Source: Ostrea edulis
Lineage: Eukaryota
Direction of reading: 5' to 3'
Length of the DNA stretch: 64,000 nt
Assembly (NCBI RefSeq): GCF_947568905.1
Contig: NC_079166.1
Coordinates: 96,906,001 to 96,970,000, forward strand
Numbering within the stretch: the stretch's first letter is position 1; every line of letters starts with the position of its first letter. The notes below the pieces were generated by a model. It was not told the DNA's origin, made no database searches, and saw nothing but the letters and a program-made list of their open reading frames with translations. The position numbers and the translations under genes were made by a program. Shown here in pieces: positions 13,638 through 24,815 of the stretch.

Positions 13638-13806
13638 GATATAGGGCTCGCAGCGGGTGTGACCGGTTGTCCAGGGATGCTTTCTCTTCCTAGACACCTG
13701 ATCCCACCTTTGGTATATCCAGAGGTCCGTTTTTGCCCAACTCCCTATTTTGCATTACTTGTGGGAGCTATGAGATTGATCACTGTTCGTTATCTTCGCC
13801 TTTCAT
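13638..13806 (+). mobile_element. PLE-type terminal fragment
   Basis: gatatagggctcgcagcgggtgtgacc...ttatcttcgcctttcat. Confidence 0.8.
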
Positions 13807-14366
13807 TAGTTAAGTTTACTTCCGATTGATTCTACTAACAAATTGTTCTGAATAGTAGGTTTACCAATATAACAAATAACTTCTCCATAATGTTAACCAA
13901 ATATCTTCTCTATAGTGCTGAACAAATTGATCCAGATATAGAATAAAAGATCGTTGCTTTGAAGACATGTTTATTATTATTCTCACAATATACGTATGCT
14001 TGATTTGAGATTCGGGTAGGAAACTTGTCTTGTGGATTTGTAAGACGATATGAAAATATGTAATTTACATGTAAACCCTTCTATTCTAATGCTGTTTGAC
14101 AAATTTGATAATAATATCTTAATTTTTACGATCAACGTTCAAGATAATGATGAGGATGGTGAAAATCTGGTAATCCTAAACGTTTATCATTCCCTATACA
14201 AGGAGGTTCTTGTATCATTGACTTAGAAACTGTGGAACATTGCATTGTGTTACATGGCTTCGATAATAGTAATTGATTTGACCAGGGGGGGGGGGGTGGC
14301 ACTCTAATTTTCCTTTTAGATCTTACAAGTGTTTTGTCATATCGAATTTCCAAAATTTCGGCTTGA

Positions 14367-14410
14367 GCATCACTGAAGAGACATTATTTGTCGAAATGCG
14401 CATCTGGTGT
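14367..14410 (+). ncRNA. Minimal type I hammerhead ribozyme, intact core
   Basis: Stem I GCAUCA/UGGUGU (6 bp including GU pairs), core CUGAAGA, stem II GAC/GUC with a 7-nt loop, GAAA, palindromic stem III (A)UGCGCA(U), AUC triplet; predicted cut after 14404. Confidence 0.85.
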
Positions 14411-14714
14411 ATCAAATTGGTACCGTATAAGTTTTACATTATGACCCCTGGGTCGAGGCCTCTGCTGGTGGACTGTTAATCCCCGAGGGTCTCTACAGCC
14501 CAGAACTAAGTACTTCGTTACTAGCTTGAAAATACGGATGTATATTTAATTGCTGTTATAAAATTTAGAAATTCATTTCAAAATTAAGGATCATCTCCCT
14601 CTCGCATAGCTCTGACCCTTAGACGAATTTGCCTCCAGTTTTCTTGGCACTTTAATTTTCCTTTTAGATCTTACAAGTTTTTTGTCATATCGAATTTCCA
14701 ACATTTCGGCTTGA

Positions 14715-14758
14715 GCATCACTGAAGAGACATTATTTGTTGCAATGCGCATCTGGTGC
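14715..14758 (+). ncRNA. Second hammerhead copy, core mutated
   Basis: Same layout as 14367-14410 but GUC-GAAA has become GUU-GCAA; notional cut after 14752. Confidence 0.75.
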
Positions 14759-15411
14759 ATCAAAATTGGTACCGTAGAAGTTTTACAAGAAGAATGTGCC
14801 ACCTTTCACGATACAGGTCGTAACAGACACGCTTTCTGACAGCATCAGAGCCAGCACCATTTCTTTGATATTTTGGTTAAATATATCATTGAGATGTAAT
14901 ATCTAGTTCTGAAAAAAATTATTAGAACATTTCCACGCTATGAGTCGTAGCGATCGACACTCTTTTTTTATTGACATGAGCAACTCATCTTAATTTAGAA
15001 CAGGAATTCTATAATTCTAAATTTAGTTCTTCAATCCACCTATCCTAGCTGTTAATAAATTTTCTTTGTGTAGATAATCCCTATGTACACACAGTCACGT
15101 ATCAAATGACGAATTTGCATTCCAGTACATCTGATCGACCGATCGTCTGCGCTATGAAGTTTACAGCTGATTGACCGATCGTCTGAGTTATGAATTTTTT
15201 TTAGAGGAGGGTATTCTTTATAAATGTGGGTAAGATGATACTTTATTCACCCCCCTGTACTTTTATTTTAATACTTTTTGGCTTTTATATTATTCATTCA
15301 TTACTTAAAGATCAACTATTGTTAATAGAATTACGTCTCTTAAAAATGCATTTTTTAGATTTTGAAATGATTCTGCCAATTTTATATTTTATAATAATAA
15401 AAAATATATTG

Positions 15412-15552
15412 ATGCAAGATGAAGATAACGAACATTGATCAATCTTATAACTCCTACAAGCAATACAAAATAGATAGTTGGGCAAACACGGACCCCTGGA
15501 CACACCAGAGGTGGGATCAGGTGCCTAGGAGGAGTAACCATCCCCTGTTGAC
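15412..15552 (-). mobile_element. PLE-type terminal fragment
   Basis: Same family; forms an inverted pair with 15688-15860. Confidence 0.8.
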
Positions 15553-15687
15553 AAACCAGTGTATTTTTATCAAGTGTTAATTAACTTCACATTTTCATGA
15601 CATAAAATCATAAATTCAAAAAGCGACTGGTAGTTAAAAATTATATAAATAAAACTATTCAATCAGCTGAGATAAATAAATTACAGG

Positions 15688-15860
15688 TCAAGATATAGGG
15701 CTCAAAGCGAGTGTGACCGGTTGGCAGGTGATGCTTATTCCTCCTAGGCACCTGATCCCACCTATGGTATATTCAGGGGTCCATATTTGTCCAACTCTCT
15801 ATTTTGTATTTCTTATAGGAATTATGAGATTGATTACTGTTCGTTATCTTCACCTTGCAT
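15688..15860 (+). mobile_element. PLE-type terminal fragment
   Basis: caagatatagggctc...ttatcttcaccttgcat. Confidence 0.8.
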
Positions 15861-16484
15861 AATAAAAATTAAATTTCATAGATAAATAAAAGGATTTAAA
15901 AAATCTTAAATAACTGTATTAATAGATAGATAATACATGTATAGATAAAATCTACAAGCAGAGATAATGAATAGAGACATAAAAGGATTCCGTTAGAAGA
16001 AAAACAAATTAAATTGTTCACCCAGCTGAGATAAATCAATAGATAAATTAGGCTGAGGAAAACGAATAAATTGAGAAAAAAATATACCTCCAGCTGAGAT
16101 AAATGGCTATGAAATGCAGAGTCAGTTTCCGCACTTCCTCTATATGATGGATTGAATTTAACATTCTGTACCATGTTCTCGAAAGAAAATAAAATTCTAA
16201 CACTTGTGATACATCAGAACCACAAGGAGCGCAATATATGATTTTGAGTACACAGTACCTGAAAATAACTGTAGAACTACATATACAGTCGAGTTACAGT
16301 TCTTCAGATAATTAGAAACATGTAAGTACACGAGTACTTGAAGACTATCAATAATTTCTTCTTCATCCTGTATCATTATTGTGATATAAATGTATCAAAG
16401 ATATGGTACAATTCTCATCCATAATCTACAGGTTTTATTTCATAATACAACTTCTGTATGAAAACATATTGTATAATTTTCCAG

Positions 16485-16990
16485 AGGACAATTGAAGACT
16501 TAATGATATAACTAATAAAAACAAAGAAATGAAACATCATACCATAGCACTGAGAGAGAAAATGTAAAGGGACAATTGAAGACTTAATGATATAACTAAT
16601 AAAAAGAAATAAATGAAACATCATACCATAGCACTGAGAGAAAAAATGTAAAGGGACAATTGAAGACTTAATGATATAACTAATAAAAACAAAGAAATGA
16701 AACATCATACCATAGCACTGAGAGAAAAAATGTAAAGGGACAATTGAAGACTTAATGATATAACTAATAAAAACAAAGAAATGAAACATCATACCACAGC
16801 ACTGAGAGAGAAAATGTAAAGGGACAATTGAAGACTTAATGATATAACTAATAAAAAGAAATAAATGACACATCATACCATAGCACTGAGAGAAAAAATG
16901 TAAAGGAACAATTGAAGACTTAATGATATAACTAATAAAAAGAAATAAATGACACATCATACCATAGCACTGAGAGAAAAAATGTAAAGG
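16485..16990. repeat. 84-bp minisatellite x6
   Basis: caattgaag at 16489, 16573, 16657 and onward; explains the 198-aa repetitive ORF in the track. Confidence 0.95.
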
Positions 16991-17802
16991 ATAGGTAACT
17001 GTGTTGTGCAACGGCTCCTTTCTATTTATAGCACCTTATATTCCGCCAGCTATTTATAGGCACTGAGTTTAAATTATCCACGTGCAGGATATACCTAAAT
17101 TTGGGCTACAACTAATGACAGTTAAGTAATATAACACATACCATTGGCTGATAACAGAACTCGAAAAAAAAAACTCCCATGTAAATAAGAACATCTTACA
17201 AAATCAAGATCTCCGTTATAGTGTTGACGGGCTTCGAGTACAATGCTGAGTAGAACGGCTCAGGTTATTCTACTTGTGTTGCAGACTCTGCAACTAAGAC
17301 AATATGTGGTTTTATTATATACTTTCAATTTCATCTCTTCTTTTTTCTTTGAAGCTTTGCGGACATATATCACACGAAATATGTCCGGAAACATTCCGGC
17401 ACGCAACCATTACGTCGCCATCAAATTTCTACGCTGTTAATTTTCAAAACTTTCGTGTTTTTCATCTTTTACCAATAAACAATAAACAAATTGTTAAAAA
17501 TATAATTATTGTTAGTTTTTAAATGAAATTGAAAGTATATAATAAAAAGGTTATAGAATTTGTATTGGAAAATATTTTGTCGCAAGCTCGATCCGTCTAC
17601 GCCCATACAAAGTCTATAACCTATAAGTATGATATTGATCTTGGCCCCAGAATCAAACAAAAACACTCTAAAATTCTAAACTTGGGAAAAAAAGATATTT
17701 AAACCCTTAAAGTAAAACTCCCAGGTTCTCTACTGTGGTGGACTCTCAAGCACATTGATTTTAATTGTCACGTTTTATCGTAATTTTCTCTTTCCATTTA
17801 AG

Positions 17803-18404
17803 CAAGGGTCAGTATTTATAATCACATGATGTCTAATAAGTCCAAGAGTCAGTATTTATAATCACATGATGTCTAATAAGTCCAAGGGTCAGTATTTATA
17901 ATGAAATAATGTCTGATAAGTCCAAGGGTCAGTGTTTATAATGAAATAATGTCTAATAAGTCCAAGAGGCAGTATTTATAATCACATGATGTCTAATAAG
18001 TCGAAGGGTCAGTGTTTATAATCAAATGATGTCTAATTAGCCCAAGGGTCAGTATTTATAATAAAATAATGTCTGATAAGTCCAAGGTCAGTGTTTATAA
18101 TGAAATAATGTCTAATAAATCCAAGAGGCAGTATTTATAATCACATGATGTCTAATAAGTCCAAGGGTCAGTATTTATAATCACATGATGTCTAATAAGT
18201 CCAAGGGTCAGTATTTATAATCACATGATGTCTAATAAGTCTAAGGGTCAGTGTTTATAATCGCATGATGTCTAATAAGTCCAAGGGTCAGTATTTATAA
18301 TCAAATGATGCTTAATAAGTCCAAGGGTCAGTATTTATGATCAAATAATGTCTAATAAGTCCAAGGGTCAGTGTTTATAATCAAATGATGTCTAATAAGT
18401 CCAA
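17803..18404. repeat. 40-bp minisatellite x~15
   Basis: Unit aagggtcagtatttataatcacatgatgtctaataagtcc. Confidence 0.95.
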
Positions 18405-18676
18405 GCTTGGAAAAAATTATATCTTTAATTTGACTTAAATTTGGTGCCTAATTTCTGAATAAGATAATCAATCAAGATTTACAAGTAGATATGAAATAAA
18501 ATACTGTATAATCGCCATTCCAATATGTCACACATGCAAATCTTGAACGTATATTTTTTCATGCATGGTGACCAATGAAAGTATGACTTTGACCTTTGAT
18601 CTTAATTAAAAAGGCATCTTGCCATAGGGAACATGTTACCAGGGTAGACTACTCTTGATATATCAGTACTCATTTA

Positions 18677-18851
18677 ATGAAAGGCGAAGATAGCGAACGG
18701 CGATCAATGTCATAACTCCTATAAGCAATACAAAATAGAGAGTTGGGCAAACACGGACCCCTGGATATACCAGAGGTGGGATCAGGTGCCTAGGAGGAGT
18801 AAGCATCCCCTGTCGACCGGTCACGCCCGCCATAAGCCCTATATCTTGATC
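18677..18851 (-). mobile_element. PLE-type terminal fragment
   Basis: Near-consensus copy, reverse strand. Confidence 0.8.
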
Positions 18852-19031
18852 CTCCCCACAATGTGCTGATGATTAAACAGTCAGACACACCAGACACTAC
18901 ACCATACAATGATGCAATCCATCAATAATGGCTGAATAGATCTCTAAAGTTTGACTACCCTAGCCTTATAGCACTGGTTTTATCTTATATGAATTTATTG
19001 ATCAATGACTGTGATATCTTTTAAGATAATC

Positions 19032-19482
19032 AAAGTACGTACTCTCTGTCCGTGCGTCCATCTCTCTGAACGTCACCCTGATAAACAAAAGTACGTACTT
19101 TCTGTCTGTGCTTCCATCTCTCTGAACGTCACCCTGATAAACAAAAGTATGTACTTTCTGTCTGTGCTTCCATATCTCTGAACGTCACCCTGATAAACAA
19201 AAGTATGTACTTTCTGTCTGTGCTTCCATCTCTCTGAACGTCACCCTGATAAACAAAAGTATGTACTTTCTGTCTGTGCTTCCATCTCTCTGAACGTCAC
19301 CCTGATAAACAAAAGTACGTACTTTCTGTCCGTGCGTCCATCTCTCTGAACGTCACCCTGATAAACAAATGTATAAACTTTCTGCCTGTGCTTCCATCTC
19401 TCTGAACGTCGCCCTGATACACAAAAGTAAGTACTTTCTGCCTGTGCGTCCATCTCTCTGAACGTCGCCCTAATAAACAAAA
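19032..19482. repeat. 56-bp minisatellite x8
   Basis: Unit gtacgtactttctgtctgtgcttccatctctctgaacgtcaccctgataaacaaaa. Confidence 0.95.
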
Positions 19483-19704
19483 GGCTTCCTCTTTTATTAA
19501 CAACTTCCGGTTTCCAATAGTTGAACAGAAAAATGCATGTTTATTTGCTTCTATAACTTTTCCCCTGATATGTCTTGAACTTGCTTTGTTGATATGTTTC
19601 CATACCCCAGATGTTACTTGTCCAATTTATTTTACTAAACCAATACAACTGTGTGGAATGTTATTCAAACAATCCCCGTAACACACATCTTATAACATTC
19701 CATT

Positions 19705-19892
19705 ACTCCGTTTACCTGATCAAGATATAGGGCTCACGGCGGGTGTGACCGGTCGACAGGGGATGTTTACTCCTCCTAGGTACCTGATCCCACCTCTGGT
19801 GTATCCAGGGGTCCGTGTTTGCCCAACTATATATTTTCTATTGCTCATAGGAGTTATGAGATTGATCACTGTCCGTTATCTTCACCTTTCAT
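19705..19892 (+). mobile_element. PLE-type terminal fragment
   Basis: Near-consensus copy. Confidence 0.8.
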
Positions 19893-19966
19893 AACACTGC
19901 AGTGCAAGGGTGTAATGATAATTTCATTAACCATATCTTCTAGTCGGTGATTTTGTAAGCTAAATA

Positions 19967-20891
19967 CCGTATATCAAGTTTTTTATCGCTTGTATTAGAT
20001 TTCCACTTTGTTCGCGATGATTTCCGAATCGCGGAAAATTAATCAGCGTAAATTTGAAACAAAGTTTTGTTTTTGTAATAGAGTTATATAGCATACGCGT
20101 TATAGAACGGTGAAAGTTCTGTGTTCAGTGTGTTTTGTTTCCCCCTATATCCGACAAGCTCCAGGTAACAGGTATGTAAGCCTCGGTGTTTATTTGATAA
20201 AGGATAAGCTAATTAAATGGACCAAGGGTTGTTTTTTTTTTTTTTTTTGCTTCAATCAAGGTATAATTATACCTGAGCTACTCATACATTAACGGTACAT
20301 GGTTTATGACTGTATTAAACTGAAAATAATTATCGATAATTATTTTGCATTAGTACCATTACAGCTAACGAACAAGCACTTTACTATACCGCCTAATTGT
20401 ACATATTTACAATTTACTTGTGTGTAAACAAAAGTGTAAAATCATTTTTAAAAACTGGTTCGCAGCACAGGTGTGTGTGACCAGCTGATCACGTCTTCCA
20501 AAATTCACGAGGTGAAGGTCGATCTATCTCTCACCCGGATAAAGCCACTTGGAGCGAAATGGCTGACAAAGCTTCATGATTACATGCGAACAAAACCTGA
20601 AATCGTCAGAGATGGATTCAGAGAAGAAGTAATATCATCCGTATTAAGATTTGATTTTAATTGCGACAGTAAATCAGAAATCGTGCAAATCGTTTCATTG
20701 ACTGAATTTTTGCAAATTAAGAGATATACGTACAAACACTGACTTTTTCCCCAATTCCTTCATAAGTTTAAATATTCGTGAATTATATTTTCACTATGAC
20801 TTTGAAATAGTGAGAATTTGATTCGGATAAATTTAATATACTGTTCTAATTCGCGAAAAACAACATGACGCGGAAAAATCCTGATACACGG
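19967..20891 (+). mobile_element. Internally deleted pogo/Tc1-mariner-type DNA transposon
   Basis: TA-flanked termini ta|CCGTATATCA...TGATACACGG|ta; internal remnant VKVDLSLTRIKPLGAKWLTKLHDYM..KPEIVRDGF (20473-20640) resembles a pogo-like DDE transposase C-terminus. Confidence 0.7.
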
Positions 20892-21049
20892 TAGTCTCTA
20901 TATTCTGATATTATCAAAACAAAGGTACGATAGAAAGAAGATACATAATTTAAAATAAAAATATGACAGATTTGAGCAATTCTATGGTAAGAGCGCTTAT
21001 TTCATGAACTGGGGGTTGTGGATTTGTGACCTTGGCCGAGTGAAATATT

Positions 21050-21406
21050 TCCCAAATCAATAACATCAAAACCTATGATTTTTCAACACTATACACGACC
21101 ATTCCTCATGATAAATTAAAGGCTAATCTTTTTGACATCATAGACAGTTGTTTCAACAAAAATGGGAAAAGGAAAAATTCATAACTAGTGATCAGTCATC
21201 CAAAAACTCATTGGAATTCCAATGGGCACGAATTGTGCCCCTTTGCTAGCTGACCTGTTTCTATATTCATATGAAGCAGACTTTATTCAAAAACTTCTAT
21301 GCGAGAAGATAAAATCTCATGCTGTGGCATTCAATTCGACATTTAGATATATCGACGACGTTTTGTCTATTAACAATAATAACTTTCATTCATATGTCGA
21401 TTCGAT
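21050..21406 (+). mobile_element. Penelope-like reverse transcriptase fragment, internally deleted
   Basis: IKTYDFSTLYTTIPHDKLK, GIPMGTNCAPLLADLFLYSYE and FRYIDDVLSINN are PLE-type RT motifs; stop and deletion between the first two. Confidence 0.85.
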
Positions 21407-21744
21407 GCCTATAAGTGTAAAATCCACAACATATACAATGTCATTTACAAGAATTATAAAAAAAAAAAATGCTCAAAATGACCAACGACACGAACAATTA
21501 GTCAGTCCACATGTCCTTTCCTCGGGGACAAACGAAAAGGTTTACCAACCATAAGACAAATAAAGATGTACAAAAACACTAGCATTTAACCTAAATCTAC
21601 AAACACTGCACATAATGATTATTGTGCTTGGCTTGTTAATCTTTGGTTTAAAGTATTTATGATAATCCGTAAGAGTTGAAAATATTTTATATACATCTAA
21701 GCCAAAGAGCATTGTCACAGTTTGCACTTCATAAAGTTTATATA

Positions 21745-21885
21745 GTACCGATATAGTAGCGATTTTAATTCAGTAATAACCATGTTTTCATATACCGATA
21801 TAGTACCGATTTTAATTCAGTAATAACTAAGTTTTCATATACCGATATAGTACCGATTTTAATTCAGTAATAACCATGTTTTCAC
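21745..21885. repeat. 47-bp tandem repeat x3
   Basis: accgatatag at 21794 and 21841, plus an upstream variant copy. Confidence 0.9.
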
Positions 21886-22024
21886 ATCCTCAAACATAAC
21901 ATGCTTGCAATGCTATAAGAATAATAACTTCATCAACAGATATATCTATTTTAGATGCATATGCTTTATTGAGAAAGTAGATAACCCAAACTGGAAGGTT
22001 TGAATGCATTGAAGAAAGAACAAA

Positions 22025-24751
22025 ATGAAAGTTCTTCGGAGATTTGAAAAATGGATGACGAGAATAAAGAAAGGAGTAAAGGCCCCAGCGGTAGCACACA
22101 TCGACAGTGTTTTCGATGAACCTCAATACATTTGTCCAGTGGATTCAAGGCGGTACATCAAACAACAAGACACGTCTGGGTCTGGTACGCCTTCGAAACA
22201 CAAAGTCGTAGAGAGTACATTAGCATCGGATTCCGTTCTAGAATTGAACCAGGACGTCGAGAAACTTGACTCCACAAGTTTAAAAGAACTAAGTGTTTCC
22301 GACTTCGTTGCTAATGATGAGATACTAGATGTATCCTACAAGTCTGAAATAAGCATGGAGTCTAACAGAAACTCAGAACTTCCTAACTCCTGTTTCAGCT
22401 CTCTAATGGAAAGTTTAGAACTATCCTTCGTTGATTATTCTGTAGAATATGAATCTACAACATCTTACAACAGTATTGTGGATATGGCATCAATTGACAA
22501 GAATGTGTTTATCGATATTTCAAAGTCAAAAGCGATATATGATTGTCCTTCGAGTCCGCGAAATGAGCAGACGTTCAGGACTTTACCTCCACAACCAACT
22601 GTGTGTATTAAACTTGCAGAGAAACGTTTAAATTTCAACTATCCAAAACATAGTCGGACTGTATTTCAAGAAAACAGTTCCGTTAAATCATCTATTTATG
22701 GCGATAGAAATGTTCTTGAATTCCATGCATCGAAAACAGGGGTTGTGGACAAATACGAAACCCTAGAGGGGGTTGATCGTGAGCGACCAAAGGAAGTAGA
22801 AAGTCCAAGTTTTATGAAGCTGGAACGTGGTCCAATTGTTACTTGTGAACCTCTTTGTGTTGTAAATGATAAGGAAATAAATCCTCCAAAGACAAATGTT
22901 CTCGTGAAAATTGATAAAGAAGCATCGAAAAGGGAAAGACGACATCGTATCGGGGAAAGTTGCATGACGGTAATGATGGGGTCTATCCTATATTATTATC
23001 CAGCATCCTCTGAAAAAATTCCAAGAATTCCTAATTCAAAACATCATTTTCCCATTCATTTTAAATTGAATGATGGTCTTCATAAGGTGACACAAGCAGA
23101 AGTCAGTGACAGAAAAGTGTATGGCTGCAGTAGTGGAAACGTAAGCAAGACAGTTCCCTATTCAGTAACTTCAGGGGAAATGGAAAAAATGCTGAAAGGG
23201 TTTCTTTTAAAGTTTGAGAAAATATCCCCATTCAGAAATGGACAAACAGAAGCAATTGAAAGAAAGAAAGATTTATTTTCATTATCCTCCAATTTTATGG
23301 GTACTTTAACATCAAACCCAACACTAGGAATGTTTTCAAAAAAATCACGTCAGCTGGTTCGCCAAATATTGTTTTACAGCAACCAAGTCCCTTCAGTGCA
23401 TGACGCATTTTGCACATATCCCTTACAAACAAGCATTAGGCAAAATGATTCTGGATTTACTTTAGAGGACACTATGCGTTTTGAATGGCAGAGGCTGAGA
23501 AGTTTTCATTCATACCCAACAACTGCTATCGGGGCCTCTATTCTTCGTCTTGCCCAAGATGGATTCTATTTCACGGGAAATGGCCGTGACACACGATGTT
23601 TCTTTTGTCACTGCGTCTACAGCGATTGGAGTCATGATTCTGATCTACGTAGTACACATCTCCGATTGTCTCCGGACTGTCCCATCGCCAACAGACGAGA
23701 GTCTAGTAACATCCCCATAAATCCGAGCCGAAGGAGAGAACATCATCAACAACACATCAATGCATTTCACGGGATAGATCGTTTTGATGAAAATATCGCA
23801 GAAGACAGTGGAGAGTCACTTCCAGTTGCACGTCACATGGAAGAGTCATTAGCATCAGATCACTCGACAAACACGTCGTTCCTCGTAAGCCATGAAACGT
23901 CCTTATCACAAAATACAACGGCAAACCATGAAGTCAATCCGATCATTTCCGAGTTATCTCAAATCCAAATACCAAGGGTAAATTTTCCTAATTACAGGCG
24001 AAGGGCTGACTCTGAGATAGTTTCAGCAACAGAAGTATCCATGTTTAACGAAGAAATCCCACAACGGATAACTCCTAACGAGCTCCGAAATTCCAGATCC
24101 GAACAATCCTCTATTGATGTCTCAACACACAGACAAACAGAGGATCCCCCGACACGGTCAGCACACAGACAAATACAAGACTCCCAGACACGCTCAACAC
24201 AGAGACAAACACAGGACTCCCCAACACGGTCAGCACACAGAGAAACACAGAACCCCCCGACACGCTCAACACACAGAGAAACGCAGGATCCCCCGACACG
24301 CCCAACACACAGAGAAACACAGAACCCCCCGACACGCTCAACACACAGAGAAACGCAAGACTCCCCGACACGGTCAGCACACAGAGAAACGCATGATCCC
24401 CCGACACGGTCAACACACAGAGAAACGCAAGACTCCCCGACACGGTCAGCACACAGAGAAACGCATGATCCCCCGACACGGTCAACACACAGAGAAACGC
24501 AAGACTCCCCGACACGGTCAGCACACAGAGAAACGCATGATCCCCCGACACGCTCTGCACAGAGCGTGTTAACGTATAAACAAAAACTTTCCTCTCAATT
24601 AGACCCGTTGGGAATAGTTTGGGAAAAACCAAAGTTCCCTGCATATGCTATTTTGACCACGAGGGCATCGTCATATGAAGGATGGCCAGCAGACAGGACG
24701 CAGACACCGATAGAAATGGCCAAAGCTGGGTTCTTTTATGTAGGTATGTAT

Positions 24752-24815
<64 letters not shown>

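Larger units (their letters stand above)
14300..14787 (+). mobile_element. Retrozyme-like repeat, locus B (~1.4 copies of a 348-nt unit, two hammerhead motifs)
   Basis: CTGAAGA cores at 14373 and 14721 (period 348); flanking sequence duplicated in register. Confidence 0.85.

Noticed and set aside
13575-13829. ORFs with AGVTG..GML..PRHLIPPLV and [13 protein letters not shown] peptides
   Set aside because: Chance frames through the non-coding end of the PLE fragment, repeated wherever the element occurs.
16415-17011. 198-aa ORF and other repetitive ORFs (19241-19503, 24111-24644, 32494-32917, 56808-57347)
   Set aside because: Translations of minisatellites or alternative frames of the IAP repeat; no splice context or domain.
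19705-19892. SECIS or HDV-like ribozyme in the PLE terminal fragment
   Set aside because: AUGA is present but there is no apical AA or matching GA for a SECIS; a trial HDV fold lacks room for P2 and lacks the P1.1 GG. A covariance-model search could still overturn this.
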